Positions 18,785 through 26,909 of a DNA stretch of 64,000 bases are shown one piece after another. The notes beneath the pieces are model-generated. The model did no database searches, had not been told where the DNA came from, and worked only from the letters and a program-made list of their open reading frames with translations. The stretch's first letter is position 1. Each line of letters starts with the position of its first letter. Both the position numbers and the translations under genes were made by a program. Source of the stretch: a virus; IMG/VR virus record IMGVR_UViG_3300042691_040117, positions 6,921 to 70,920 of that record. One strand, written 5' to 3'.

Positions 18785-19705
18785 TCACTCTTCAGCAAGA
18801 CGGGCAAAGTAAGAGAGTGTATCATCTTCATCTTCATCATCAGAAGAAACAGATTTTGAAGGTTTGAGATTATTGAGTTCGCTACGCAGGTCTTCAGTCA
18901 GAGAAGGGGCAGTTCCACGATAATCATCTTCATCTTCAACTTCAGCGTCCTGAACCTTAGAAGAACCTTTCAGACCAAGAGTATAATCAAGGCGCTTTTT
19001 GAGATCTTCATAGGACTTATATTCGGCAGGACTCATAAACTCCTGGAGAGAATACTGCTTCTTCCAGATTGCTTCCATTGCATCATCATCGTCCAGTAGA
19101 GCACTCTGAGAGGCAAATTCACTGGAATCATAGTTACGATAACCAGCAACGTTCTTTGCCTTCAGTTTGAAATTAGCACCTTTCCAGAAGTCAAACGGAT
19201 CGATAGGAGTCTCATCTTCAAACTCGGGTTGCATTGCTTCGGTGAGTTTGTCAAAAATTTTCTTACCATACTTGAAGAGGAAAACCTTACCCTCATTCTC
19301 AGGGTTAGTAGGGTCCTTTACAACATAGATATTGCTCATATAAGTCAGTTTGCGCTTTTGCTTACGTGCAACTTCCTTATTAGCATCGATGCCAGAGTTC
19401 CAAAGACCGGAGTTGTGCTCACACACAGGACACTTTTGATTCAGTGTAGTCAGGCAGTTATCAATCAACCAACCACCAGGACCCTGGAAAGCGTGAGAAT
19501 AGACTTTAACGAATGGCAGGTCTTCACCATCAGGAGCAGGCAGGAAACGAATGACGGCATACCCATTGCCACTTTTATCAACGTCAAGTTTCCAAAGACG
19601 GTCATCAGAAGAATTACCAGAATTATTCATTTTTTCGACTTCTTTCACCAGTTTATCGGTGAGAGAGCCAAGTTTAGATTGTTTTTTAAGGTCGGCAAAA
19701 CCCAT
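18785..19705 (-). CDS. gp32: Single-stranded DNA-binding protein gp32
   Basis: DDRLWKLDVDKSGNGYAVIRFLPAP, HAFQGPGGW.I.NC.TT...CPVCE, FKYGKKIFDK, acidic tail LSYFARLAEE. Confidence 0.97.
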   Translation of the reverse strand: MGFADLKKQSKLGSLTDKLVKEVEKMNNSGNSSDDRLWKLDVDKSGNGYAVIRFLPAPDGEDLPFVKVYSHAFQGPGGWLIDNCLTTLNQKCPVCEHNSGLWNSGIDANKEVARKQKRKLTYMSNIYVVKDPTNPENEGKVFLFKYGKKIFDKLTEAMQPEFEDETPIDPFDFWKGANFKLKAKNVAGYRNYDSSEFASQSALLDDDDAMEAIWKKQYSLQEFMSPAEYKSYEDLKKRLDYTLGLKGSSKVQDAEVEDEDDYRGTAPSLTEDLRSELNNLKPSKSVSSDDEDEDDTLSYFARLAEE

Positions 19706-19748
19706 TTTAGATACCTCGGATAGTTTGGATTCGTGTGATTACTTGGAT

Positions 19749-19777
19749 ATTATAGCAAAAAAGCACTCATCAGTCAA
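19749..19777 (-). promoter_or_regulatory. sigma70-type promoter of gp32
   Basis: TTGACT-17 nt-TATAAT with TG extension. Confidence 0.8.
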
Positions 19778-20099
19778 GATACTTTTTGAGCGACTCAATG
19801 GTTTTTGTCATACTACTGAAAAGAATGCTCATATCAGTCTCTGGGGGAAATCCCATCAGAGCAACGGACTTTCTCAAATTCTCTTTCATTTCAACCGCTT
19901 GTGGGTCGTTTGAAAGAGAAAGTCTGGTGTACATAATACGCTGCTTTTCGAGCAATTCACTCAGTTTATCAATATGTTCCAGCTTCTCTTCACGGGGCAT
20001 CAAACCAAAAGACAAAATACTTCCGTAGATGTCTTCTTGCAATTGATTAATTTCTTTTAGTTCATCCTGAATAATATCAGAATCAAAAAAACTACTCAT
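19770..20099 (-). CDS. DUF1825-like cyanophage/cyanobacterial protein
   Basis: FFDSDIIQDELKEI...LLEKQRIMYTRLSLSNDP.A. Confidence 0.75.
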   Translation of the reverse strand: MSSFFDSDIIQDELKEINQLQEDIYGSILSFGLMPREEKLEHIDKLSELLEKQRIMYTRLSLSNDPQAVEMKENLRKSVALMGFPPETDMSILFSSMTKTIESLKKYLD

Positions 20100-20679
20100 T
20101 TATAATGTCCCGTAAAAGTTTTTTGTACTGGAATATATCAATATGTATAAAAGGTTTATATTTCTTTATTTTCATACTTACGGTTTCCCACACCGGGTCC
20201 AGAAGTTTTTTATCAAACTCACTAATATATGAGAATATTGTATCATAAATTACCATTATTTCAGGTGCCAATTCACTTTTTAGAAATGTTTTGAGAAGAA
20301 TTGGATGACCTTTCGAGCAGTCGAAGACATTCTCTAATTTTGTCCGAGAGAACAATTCTGTTGATTGCTCCTTGAATAAGTAAGTCAGACTCTGCTGCCT
20401 TTTCATCCATTCTTGGTAGTTTCTTTCGCCAGAATTGATAATTTCGCCAATCCATAAATTACTCGTATTGTCTGCTGCCACGAAGTTTGATACAAGGAAG
20501 TCTACTATTTCTTTGTCATCATACTTTCTTGAAGATTTCTCGAACCAATATTTGTCTTTTCTTTTATTAAATGATGTGAGTGTTGCTCTTGTCTTTTTAT
20601 ATTTAAAGTAATCATATTTGGGATTAGAAAAGTGGTTCTTAATACCCAAATATGCCTGATAAGTTTCAAAGGGTGACAT
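20092..20679 (-). CDS. gp59: Helicase loader gp59
   Basis: FETYQAYLGIKNHFS..KYDYFKY..SFNKRKDKYWFEK..., HP.LLK, KIKKYKPF. Confidence 0.9.
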   Translation of the reverse strand: MSPFETYQAYLGIKNHFSNPKYDYFKYKKTRATLTSFNKRKDKYWFEKSSRKYDDKEIVDFLVSNFVAADNTSNLWIGEIINSGERNYQEWMKRQQSLTYLFKEQSTELFSRTKLENVFDCSKGHPILLKTFLKSELAPEIMVIYDTIFSYISEFDKKLLDPVWETVSMKIKKYKPFIHIDIFQYKKLLRDIINE

Positions 20680-20939
20680 CAGATAGGCAATTTAGCTTTA
20701 GAGGTTCTCTTCATAAAGTTAAGATTAATCGCATCATACTTTAATCTTTCTTTAAGAGGTTTAGAAACTAGTTTGGTGATAGACTCAACATCAATACCAT
20801 TAATTTCACAATAATGACAAATGGCATCAATATAGTTACAGTTTTCTTCCGTAACTATTTTTTCTATTTCTATGGCAAACTTGGAGGGTGTAAGAAACTT
20901 ATTCTCGATTGCCTGCTCTAATTCTTTATTTGGTTCCAT
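20679..20939 (-). CDS. gp33: Late promoter transcription accessory protein gp33
   Basis: KFAIEIEKIV...NYIDAICHYCE.N.ID.ES..KLVSKPLKERLKYDA..LNFMK; likely start MEPNK at 20939. Confidence 0.9.
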   Translation of the reverse strand: MEPNKELEQAIENKFLTPSKFAIEIEKIVTEENCNYIDAICHYCEINGIDVESITKLVSKPLKERLKYDAINLNFMKRTSKAKLPI

Positions 20940-21606
20940 AGAGTTCAAGTTTATCTCTAACAAATTTTCTAATATACTCTGTGAGGAGTTTGATGTACTT
21001 TGATTTTTCATATTCTTCATAAATAACGGTTTCTCCATTTTCACAAGACATAATAATTACTAATTTTTTAACTGAAATACCAGTTAATTCATATAACATA
21101 CAACCATATGCCATACACTGAACAAAATAATGTTCAATCCATTCTCTTGGTTTTGGTTTTTTAGAAGTCTTAAAATCGATTATTGCTAATTCGCCATCAA
21201 ATTCGGCAATACAATCTACGGTTCCAGCAATTCCTAGTTGTTTGCTATAAAGAGAACCTTCAAGCGCATGAATATTATTTATACGCTTTAGATCTTTCTT
21301 CGCAATTTTAAAAAGAAAATCCGCAATCGGCGTAACTGGCGGTAGATCTTGATTTTTAAGATAGTTCTCCACAAGAGAGTGCATATCTGTGCCACGAGAA
21401 GTAGCTGCCTTAGTAATCTTCTCAGCTTCCGCCTCACCAACCTTTTTTCGCCAGTTGATAAAAATTTCACGATTAATATGACTAGTAACTGAAGTAATAG
21501 AAACTAACTTTAAAAGATCTTCCTCGTCCGGAACTTTATAATATCGAACACCATCTATAGTTTCTCTCTCAAGTTGAGGGAGATTCAAATCAATATGATT
21601 AAACAT
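20926..21606 (-). CDS. PD-(D/E)XK exonuclease (Cas4-like, cyanophage core)
   Basis: SITSV, RGTDMH, GIAGTVDCIAEFDGELAIIDFKTS, YFVQ..AY. Confidence 0.88.
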   Translation of the reverse strand: MFNHIDLNLPQLERETIDGVRYYKVPDEEDLLKLVSITSVTSHINREIFINWRKKVGEAEAEKITKAATSRGTDMHSLVENYLKNQDLPPVTPIADFLFKIAKKDLKRINNIHALEGSLYSKQLGIAGTVDCIAEFDGELAIIDFKTSKKPKPREWIEHYFVQCMAYGCMLYELTGISVKKLVIIMSCENGETVIYEEYEKSKYIKLLTEYIRKFVRDKLELYGTK

Positions 21607-22358
21607 TAAAAACCCGCGTCCATTTTTGCAATGATGTATTCTTTAACTAATCCAGATCGAACAATATCTTCGACACCAAATTCAATTATATCAAAAGATG
21701 GCATTTTACGCAATACGGTCATAAAATCAACAATACCATTACGCTCATTTGTTTTCTGAAGGTCACTCTGAGACGCATCTCCACAGAACATAATCTTTGA
21801 GTTCTCACCAACACGAGTGATAATAGAATCTAGTTCGTGATATGACATATTTTGGAACTCATCCACAATAATAATAGAATTATCAAGTGTGGTTCCTCTT
21901 AAGAATGAGGTGCTCCAGAACTTAATGGTTTCTTGAGACTTAAGATTTCCATAGAGCATCTCAAATTCAACATCATTTGAAAGTTGGAACATATACTTTA
22001 CCATATTCTTATAAGGAATCTGGTAAATATCAGACTTATCATCATAAGAACCGGGAAGAAATCCAATTTCTCTTGTGGCAACTAATGACCTAACAAGATA
22101 GATTTTTTCAAAAGGTGTTTTTTCATCTAAGACTTCACGAAGAGCATTATAAAGAGTGATAAAAGTTTTGCCAGTACCGGCACACCCGTAGGCAACTAAA
22201 TGTTTTTGAGCGGCATAAGAATCAAAAAGTTTCTTTTGATTCTCTGTAAGTGGGTCAATATCTACAAGATATTCACCACTTAAAGGTTTTTTACGCTTTG
22301 CTTGACGAGTGGTAATACCAACACCGATTGGTTGTTCTGCTCTTTTTCTTCTTGCCAT
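21606..22358 (-). CDS. phoH: PhoH family ATPase
   Basis: GCAGTGKTF P-loop, REIGFLPG, FLRGTTLDNSIIIVDEFQN, GDASQSDL, DIVRSGLV; likely start MARRK at 22358. Confidence 0.95.
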   Translation of the reverse strand: MARRKRAEQPIGVGITTRQAKRKKPLSGEYLVDIDPLTENQKKLFDSYAAQKHLVAYGCAGTGKTFITLYNALREVLDEKTPFEKIYLVRSLVATREIGFLPGSYDDKSDIYQIPYKNMVKYMFQLSNDVEFEMLYGNLKSQETIKFWSTSFLRGTTLDNSIIIVDEFQNMSYHELDSIITRVGENSKIMFCGDASQSDLQKTNERNGIVDFMTVLRKMPSFDIIEFGVEDIVRSGLVKEYIIAKMDAGF

Positions 22359-22359
22359 T

Positions 22360-22602
22360 TTAGATTTTTTTAATGTTTGAACCGGGCATTTTGGCAGCAC
22401 GACCTAATACGTCGTTCCATCCTGGATTTCTACTGATAAGTTTGTCTTTCCATTCACCAACCTCCCCAGGAGAAGCAGATCCTTGTGACCAATCTCTTTT
22501 CCATTCTGGATTATCATTGTACCATTGAGTAATATCATGAACACTCATTTCAAGTACTTTAGTTTCACCAGTTTCTTTATGAATAATTGGATAAATCGCC
22601 AT
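22360..22602 (-). CDS. Conserved cyanophage hypothetical protein upstream of phoH
   Basis: MAIYPIIHKETGE...W..DNPEW.RDWSQG...GW.DVL.RA.K.PGS. Confidence 0.75.
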   Translation of the reverse strand: MAIYPIIHKETGETKVLEMSVHDITQWYNDNPEWKRDWSQGSASPGEVGEWKDKLISRNPGWNDVLGRAAKMPGSNIKKI

Positions 22603-22627
22603 AAGTTACAAATTCAAGATATTTTAT

Positions 22628-23263
22628 TTAGACCCACTCCAGAGCCTGTGAGACTGAAGGAAATTGTTCTTTAAAGACCTCCTTACATGCAAGTGCAACA
22701 TCCATGTGCTCCTTTTGAGTCCCGTTTGCAGAACGAAGGTTGATGTAGTGTACCCAACTACGGCAAGAACCCGTCATATAGATGCGTGTAGGCGTTGCCA
22801 AGGGCAGTACAAACCTTGCACACTCCTTTGCCACCCCTGCCTCTAGAAGGCGCTTGTAGAGGGCATTGGCGGCAATGAAATGCTCGGAGATTTCACCCTG
22901 CAATTTGAGTTTTACATAATCAGAAATGTCATCAATCGAATTCTGACGATTTTTCGTATCTTGGCGGCGAAGTTCAGGAATGGGAATATGTTCTACCAAT
23001 AGGTTGGCATCAGCATAACGCTGCGAAAACTCTTGAAAGGTAAAAGATCTATGCCTCAAAATTTGAGCTGCTATACCACGGTTAGTCTCAACTTCAAGAG
23101 TCATGTGAGCCTGCTCAAACACAGACCAGTGATTATGTTTAATACAATACTTCAGAAGACCAGAATAATTGTCATTTTCTTGATTGTTTGGATTAGAAAC
23201 TCTGGCAACATATGCCATTGTTTTTTCTGCATCCGGAGTTACGCTAATAAGTTTTACTGTCAT
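22628..23263 (-). CDS. thyX: FAD-dependent thymidylate synthase
   Basis: HWSVFEQ, QILRHRSFTFQEFSQRYA, GVAKECARFVLP. Confidence 0.97.
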   Translation of the reverse strand: MTVKLISVTPDAEKTMAYVARVSNPNNQENDNYSGLLKYCIKHNHWSVFEQAHMTLEVETNRGIAAQILRHRSFTFQEFSQRYADANLLVEHIPIPELRRQDTKNRQNSIDDISDYVKLKLQGEISEHFIAANALYKRLLEAGVAKECARFVLPLATPTRIYMTGSCRSWVHYINLRSANGTQKEHMDVALACKEVFKEQFPSVSQALEWV

Positions 23264-23430
23264 TTTGTTCCAAATCCTTTTGATGTTTTTGCTTCTAGTT
23301 CTGCGAGTTCTTGCTTAACAACTCGCAATTGTTCTTTCATCTCTTTTAATTTTTCATCTGAATATAGATGTTCTTGTTTAATCAATCTATTCAGCAATTT
23401 AACAAGTTGTCTTGCTCTAGTAGTTCTCAT
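23260..23430 (-). CDS. Small coiled-coil hypothetical protein (56 aa, not in ORF track)
   Basis: MRTTRARQLVKLLNRLIKQEHLYSDEKLKEMKEQLRVVKQELAELEAKTSKGFGTK*; 4-bp ATGA overlaps on both sides. Confidence 0.75.
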   Translation of the reverse strand: MRTTRARQLVKLLNRLIKQEHLYSDEKLKEMKEQLRVVKQELAELEAKTSKGFGTK

Positions 23431-24062
23431 TTTAAGTATTGATCCATTCTGGTTAAAACATCATCCCAAAGAAGCCTATTTCCACATTTATCAAATAATC
23501 CTATCGTAACGACAAATCTTTTCTCATTAGTAGGATTATAGGAACTATGAAGAGGACCTGTGTTTGCTAAACTTGCTTGTCCAATTTCTGCTTCATAAAC
23601 CATTGTAGCATCTTTTTCAAAAGACATTAGTACCTTTTGACTATAATGACAATCTATATCGTCTCCCAAAACATCTTTTCCGGGAACTCCCTTTACCTCT
23701 TCCATATTTTCCATAATATAGTTCTCCATTCCTGGAACCAATTGAAAAGAATTTTCAGAAGTCCACCATCTCATGGTGCTTCCTTTGGCACCGAATTGGT
23801 AAATAATCTTTGCCCAGTCATCACCCAAACCATTATCAGAGTGAATAATTCCAGAACTATTTGGAGGAGTGTAGAATACTTCTATCCAATCACTACTCAT
23901 GCCTAAACGATCTAGAAATCTGGCAATTTTAAGATTGCCAAGGTCATCCAAAGATAAATTTTTATGAAATTCATGCCATTGAAATCCATCAGTTTTCCAC
24001 TGTGAAAAATCTATTCTTGGAATATAATTTGGAATATTTAAATACCTATGAAATTTATTCAT
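23427..24062 (-). CDS. Cupin/2OG-oxygenase-like hypothetical protein (paralog A)
   Basis: MNKFHRYLNIP..EVFYTPP...IIHSD...LANTGPLHSSYNP...R; likely start at 24062. Confidence 0.6.
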   Translation of the reverse strand: MNKFHRYLNIPNYIPRIDFSQWKTDGFQWHEFHKNLSLDDLGNLKIARFLDRLGMSSDWIEVFYTPPNSSGIIHSDNGLGDDWAKIIYQFGAKGSTMRWWTSENSFQLVPGMENYIMENMEEVKGVPGKDVLGDDIDCHYSQKVLMSFEKDATMVYEAEIGQASLANTGPLHSSYNPTNEKRFVVTIGLFDKCGNRLLWDDVLTRMDQYLK

Positions 24063-24642
24063 TGACAATATAATCTTTAAAAATTTGCATTCCTTCGTTC
24101 CAATGAACCATACCAGATGTATTTCTATCTCTTGATGATTTCCTTGGATTCCATGGAACGAAGCATAATGTCCACCTTGGATATGGAGTTGGATTATTAG
24201 TACCGTGAAGAATACCAACATTCACTAAACTAGGAACATTTGTATTTGCTTCATATAAAAGTGTACAGTCCTCTTCCTTTGCCCATAAATTGTGATGATA
24301 TGCATCAGTATTTTTAATGCCACCATCGATGACTTTCTCTTCAACAATGTCTGATTTCCACCATTGAATTACACCCTCTTCTGGACCCCAAGTTACGTTA
24401 AGTTTAACGTGATTAGTATAAGTTCCATGATCGGTATGAATTGGAACTTTTCCATATGGAGGAGTATAAAAACACTCTTTACGAGCACAAATTAACCCAA
24501 ATTGACCAAAAAACTTATCAATATCAGGATACTTTAATTCATTTAAAATATGATGTTTGACAATTTCTCCATGTTCTTCAAACATTTTTGGAGGTTCAAT
24601 TTGAAAGGGTAAATTGAGATATCTATGATATGTATTATCCAT
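24055..24642 (-). CDS. Cupin/2OG-oxygenase-like hypothetical protein (paralog B)
   Basis: YHRYLNLP..ECFYTPP...PIHTD...LVNVGILHGTNNP...RW. Confidence 0.6.
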   Translation of the reverse strand: MDNTYHRYLNLPFQIEPPKMFEEHGEIVKHHILNELKYPDIDKFFGQFGLICARKECFYTPPYGKVPIHTDHGTYTNHVKLNVTWGPEEGVIQWWKSDIVEEKVIDGGIKNTDAYHHNLWAKEEDCTLLYEANTNVPSLVNVGILHGTNNPTPYPRWTLCFVPWNPRKSSRDRNTSGMVHWNEGMQIFKDYIVNE

Positions 24643-24784
24643 AGAAAACCTCATCATAATCCATATCTTCTGGTTTTATTTCAGAAATCTTATGGGGTAG
24701 ATCATCGGACAAAACTTCTACCTTTAAGCTGTCTAAAAGCAATTCCATATTTCTGATAATTAATTTTATTTTTTCTTTGTCCAT
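24635..24784 (-). CDS. Small hypothetical protein (49 aa, not in ORF track)
   Basis: MDKEKIKLIIRNMELLLDSLKVEVLSDDLPHKISEIKPEDMDYDEVFYG*. Confidence 0.7.
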   Translation of the reverse strand: MDKEKIKLIIRNMELLLDSLKVEVLSDDLPHKISEIKPEDMDYDEVFYG

Positions 24785-24805
24785 ACTCAAAATAAAGTTA
24801 CTAAT

Positions 24806-24842
24806 ATTTTATACAAAAAAAGGGGGGAAGTCAATCCCCCCT
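24806..24842 (-). terminator. Intrinsic terminator overlapping a sigma70 promoter
   Basis: AGGGGGGA-TTGACT-TCCCCCCT-TTTTTT hairpin with U-tract; the same bases form TTGACT-17 nt-TAAAAT. Confidence 0.8.
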
Positions 24843-24850
24843 AAGTTCAT

Positions 24851-24937
24851 TTACTTATAAAGCCACTGAATGTACATTGATAAAAGAATAGTCAATAGAG
24901 CGATTCCGGCACTCGTTGTGACTATGAACTGTGCCAT
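24851..24937 (-). CDS. 28-aa single-TM micropeptide
   Basis: MAQFIVTTSAGIALLTILLSMYIQWLYK*; TAATG coupling to the upstream peptide. Confidence 0.55.
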   Translation of the reverse strand: MAQFIVTTSAGIALLTILLSMYIQWLYK

Positions 24938-25050
24938 TACTTTGCTCCGATTAGTTGCGCTAATTGTGCCTGATGACGACGTTCTTCTTTTTGTTTTTGT
25001 TCTTTAATTAGTTGCAGAAAATTAAGTTTTTTCATTGCTACTTGTGACAT
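24937..25050 (-). CDS. 37-aa basic helical micropeptide downstream of the riboswitch
   Basis: MSQVAMKKLNFLQLIKEQKQKEERRHQAQLAQLIGAK*; strong SD AAGGAGG before the ATG. Confidence 0.7.
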   Translation of the reverse strand: MSQVAMKKLNFLQLIKEQKQKEERRHQAQLAQLIGAK

Positions 25051-25081
25051 TAGGTTCCTCCTTAATGGTTTAGGTTAAAGA

Positions 25082-25180
25082 GCGTTCCTTCAGTCGGCTT
25101 TTGCGTTCTCTATTCGCAAATAGAGAATGAACGATCCGTTCCGAGTCGGCTTACTTCCGTCTGGATACTCCAGATGAACG
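25082..25180 (-). ncRNA. Tandem glnA-motif (glutamine) riboswitch aptamers
   Basis: CGTTCATCTGGAGTATCCAGACGGAAGTAAGCCGACTCGGAACG followed by ATCGTTCATTCTCTATTTGCGAATAGAGAACGCAAAAGCCGACTGAAGGAACGC: CGTTC/GGAACG P1, P2 hairpin and GGAAGTAAG E-loop-like element as in the glnA RNA. Confidence 0.75.
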
Positions 25181-25190
25181 TTAGAGATAT

Positions 25191-25219
25191 ATTATATCCC
25201 TTTCATCTTATATAGTCAA
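25191..25219 (-). promoter_or_regulatory. sigma70 promoter driving the riboswitch leader
   Basis: TTGACT-17 nt-TATAAT, ~10 nt upstream of aptamer 1. Confidence 0.8.
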
Positions 25220-25263
25220 GTTTTTTTGTATAAAATGTTACAATTTTTAAAGCCTTAAGAGAC

Positions 25264-25295
25264 AAAAAAATACCCGGAAATTTTTCCGGGTATTT
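25264..25295 (-). terminator. Intrinsic terminator
   Basis: AAATACCCGGAAA-AA-TTTCCGGGTATTT-TTTT just after the stop at 25302. Confidence 0.85.
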
Positions 25296-25301
25296 GGGTA
25301 A

Positions 25302-25691
25302 TCACTTTCTCTTTTTAGTTTTAGGTGCCTGAATTCCCCAAATCCTAGGGTTTATTCTTCCGTAACCAAAATCAATACTCCTAATTACTAGTCCAAGATT
25401 ATCATAGTACATATCAAAAATATTAACTCTCTTCGATGCTCTAGTTAAATCATAGCAAACTTTATCATTATAAAAATAAGTTACAATATAAGCGTCATTG
25501 GGAACTTGGATGTCCTTTGCCTCTTCTAAAGTACAATTTTGTTTTAAAATCTCGCATCCATAACGAGATTTAAAAGTTTCTTTTTCTTGTGGTGACCAAG
25601 TTTCTAAACTTTTTTCTCTATCGGACGCCTTTTCATTTTCCATTGGCATCTTTTCTTTTATTAATTTATTTTCCAAAATTACATTCTCCAA
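25302..25691 (-). CDS. Conserved cyanophage hypothetical protein
   Basis: P.DAYIV.Y...YDL.R..K.VNIFDMYYD...IDFGYG..NP..WG. Confidence 0.7.
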   Translation of the reverse strand: MENVILENKLIKEKMPMENEKASDREKSLETWSPQEKETFKSRYGCEILKQNCTLEEAKDIQVPNDAYIVTYFYNDKVCYDLTRASKRVNIFDMYYDNLGLVIRSIDFGYGRINPRIWGIQAPKTKKRK

Positions 25692-25701
25692 TAATAATCA
25701 A

Positions 25702-26283
25702 TTAACTTCTATTACCCCAGTTAATATCAGGATAAGCACTACTCACAAGATCTTTTGTAATTTTATATTTTGATTGCAGATTCTTATCCTTAACAAGGCA
25801 AAGAATTTCGGCTTCAAGTGGATGAAGTCCTTGAAGAACATTAATAAACATTGTTTCTCTACGAAGAGAACTCAATCCATCATTACCACCCTTTACAAAG
25901 TTATAAAATCTTTGATATTCTTTTCTAATAGAAGACTTTCCCTGATCAGATGCTCCTAAAGAAGAAGAATTTAATTCTGTCATCTTATTTACAGCATCAC
26001 TAATTTTTCCACTTATGGTTCCACTGAAAGAATTTTGTTCACCTACGCTGGCATAGGGAACTTCACCTTCGGGAAGCATCGAAATTACAGATTCATCAAA
26101 ATTCCAAATAAAAAGGGATTTTAATGATGGATGCTCAAACTTTTTCAATGCCTCAATTTTTCTGGCATTTGTCCTTTGTTTAGATACCACTGCCAAAACT
26201 TCAAAAGTAAATGGATTTGTTGGTAAATCTTCAATAGGAGATTCAGTTTTTTTAGTCTTCGTCTTCGCTGTCGTCGTAGTCAT
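25702..26283 (-). CDS. Conserved T4-like phage hypothetical protein
   Basis: LFIWNFDESVISMLPEGEVPY...RRETMFINVLQGLHPLEAEILCLVKDK; likely start MTTTT at 26283. Confidence 0.75.
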   Translation of the reverse strand: MTTTTAKTKTKKTESPIEDLPTNPFTFEVLAVVSKQRTNARKIEALKKFEHPSLKSLFIWNFDESVISMLPEGEVPYASVGEQNSFSGTISGKISDAVNKMTELNSSSLGASDQGKSSIRKEYQRFYNFVKGGNDGLSSLRRETMFINVLQGLHPLEAEILCLVKDKNLQSKYKITKDLVSSAYPDINWGNRS

Positions 26284-26476
26284 AATCGTTTTCAAACCTA
26301 AATGCAATTACTTCGTCAGGAATAACATTCCCATTTGTATCAAAAAATTCAGGATGTAGCTGAGGACCTTCCTGATAGTTCATCATGTATTCTCTAGCAA
26401 CCCAACCTCCCATTATTCCTACTATAAAAAAAAGAAAAACTAATATTGAGCCAAAAACTAAACTAGTTGCTAACAT
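26252..26476 (-). CDS. Small membrane protein
   Basis: N-terminal TM helix followed by HPEFFD.NGN..PDE. Confidence 0.7.
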   Translation of the reverse strand: MLATSLVFGSILVFLFFIVGIMGGWVAREYMMNYQEGPQLHPEFFDTNGNVIPDEVIAFRFENDYDYDDSEDED

Positions 26477-26669
26477 TTTTTTCTCCTGGAGAATAACTTT
26501 TTTTCCTAAACGTTAAGGAAAATTCAAAATAAATGGTTACTTCCCTTTGAAGAAAGATGACCAGTTTTTCATAAATAATGTGAAAATTTTTAGGTTGCCT
26601 TTTTTTTCCTCCATTAAGAAAAATTTCAACACCACGATTAACGTGATTACTTTTATTTATGCTGCTCAT
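26463..26669 (-). CDS. Hypothetical protein
   Basis: 68-aa ORF coupled to both neighbours. Confidence 0.6.
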   Translation of the reverse strand: MSSINKSNHVNRGVEIFLNGGKKRQPKNFHIIYEKLVIFLQREVTIYFEFSLTFRKKSYSPGEKNVSN

Positions 26670-26905
26670 TAAACAATATTATTTTCTTTAAGATACTTGA
26701 TCGTATCCGTACACCCTCCCAACTTTTTATCATCACAAATAACTTGTGGAAAAGTTGAATTATTACCAAATTCAGAATAAAATTCTTCTTTCGTAAAATG
26801 AGTATCTAAAGTATACACTATAAATCTCAAATTTGTCAACTCGAAAACTTTTTTAATCTTTTCGCAGTAAGGGCATCCCTCTTTAGAATAAATTGTAAAA
26901 TTCAT
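26669..26905 (-). CDS. nrdC: Glutaredoxin
   Basis: CPYC active site, TFPQV, GGCTD. Confidence 0.92.
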   Translation of the reverse strand: MNFTIYSKEGCPYCEKIKKVFELTNLRFIVYTLDTHFTKEEFYSEFGNNSTFPQVICDDKKLGGCTDTIKYLKENNIV

Positions 26906-26909
26906 AGTT

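Noticed and set aside
20926-21606. Cas4-like nuclease as evidence of a CRISPR system
   Set aside because: It is the core cyanophage exonuclease in its usual position between phoH and gp33.
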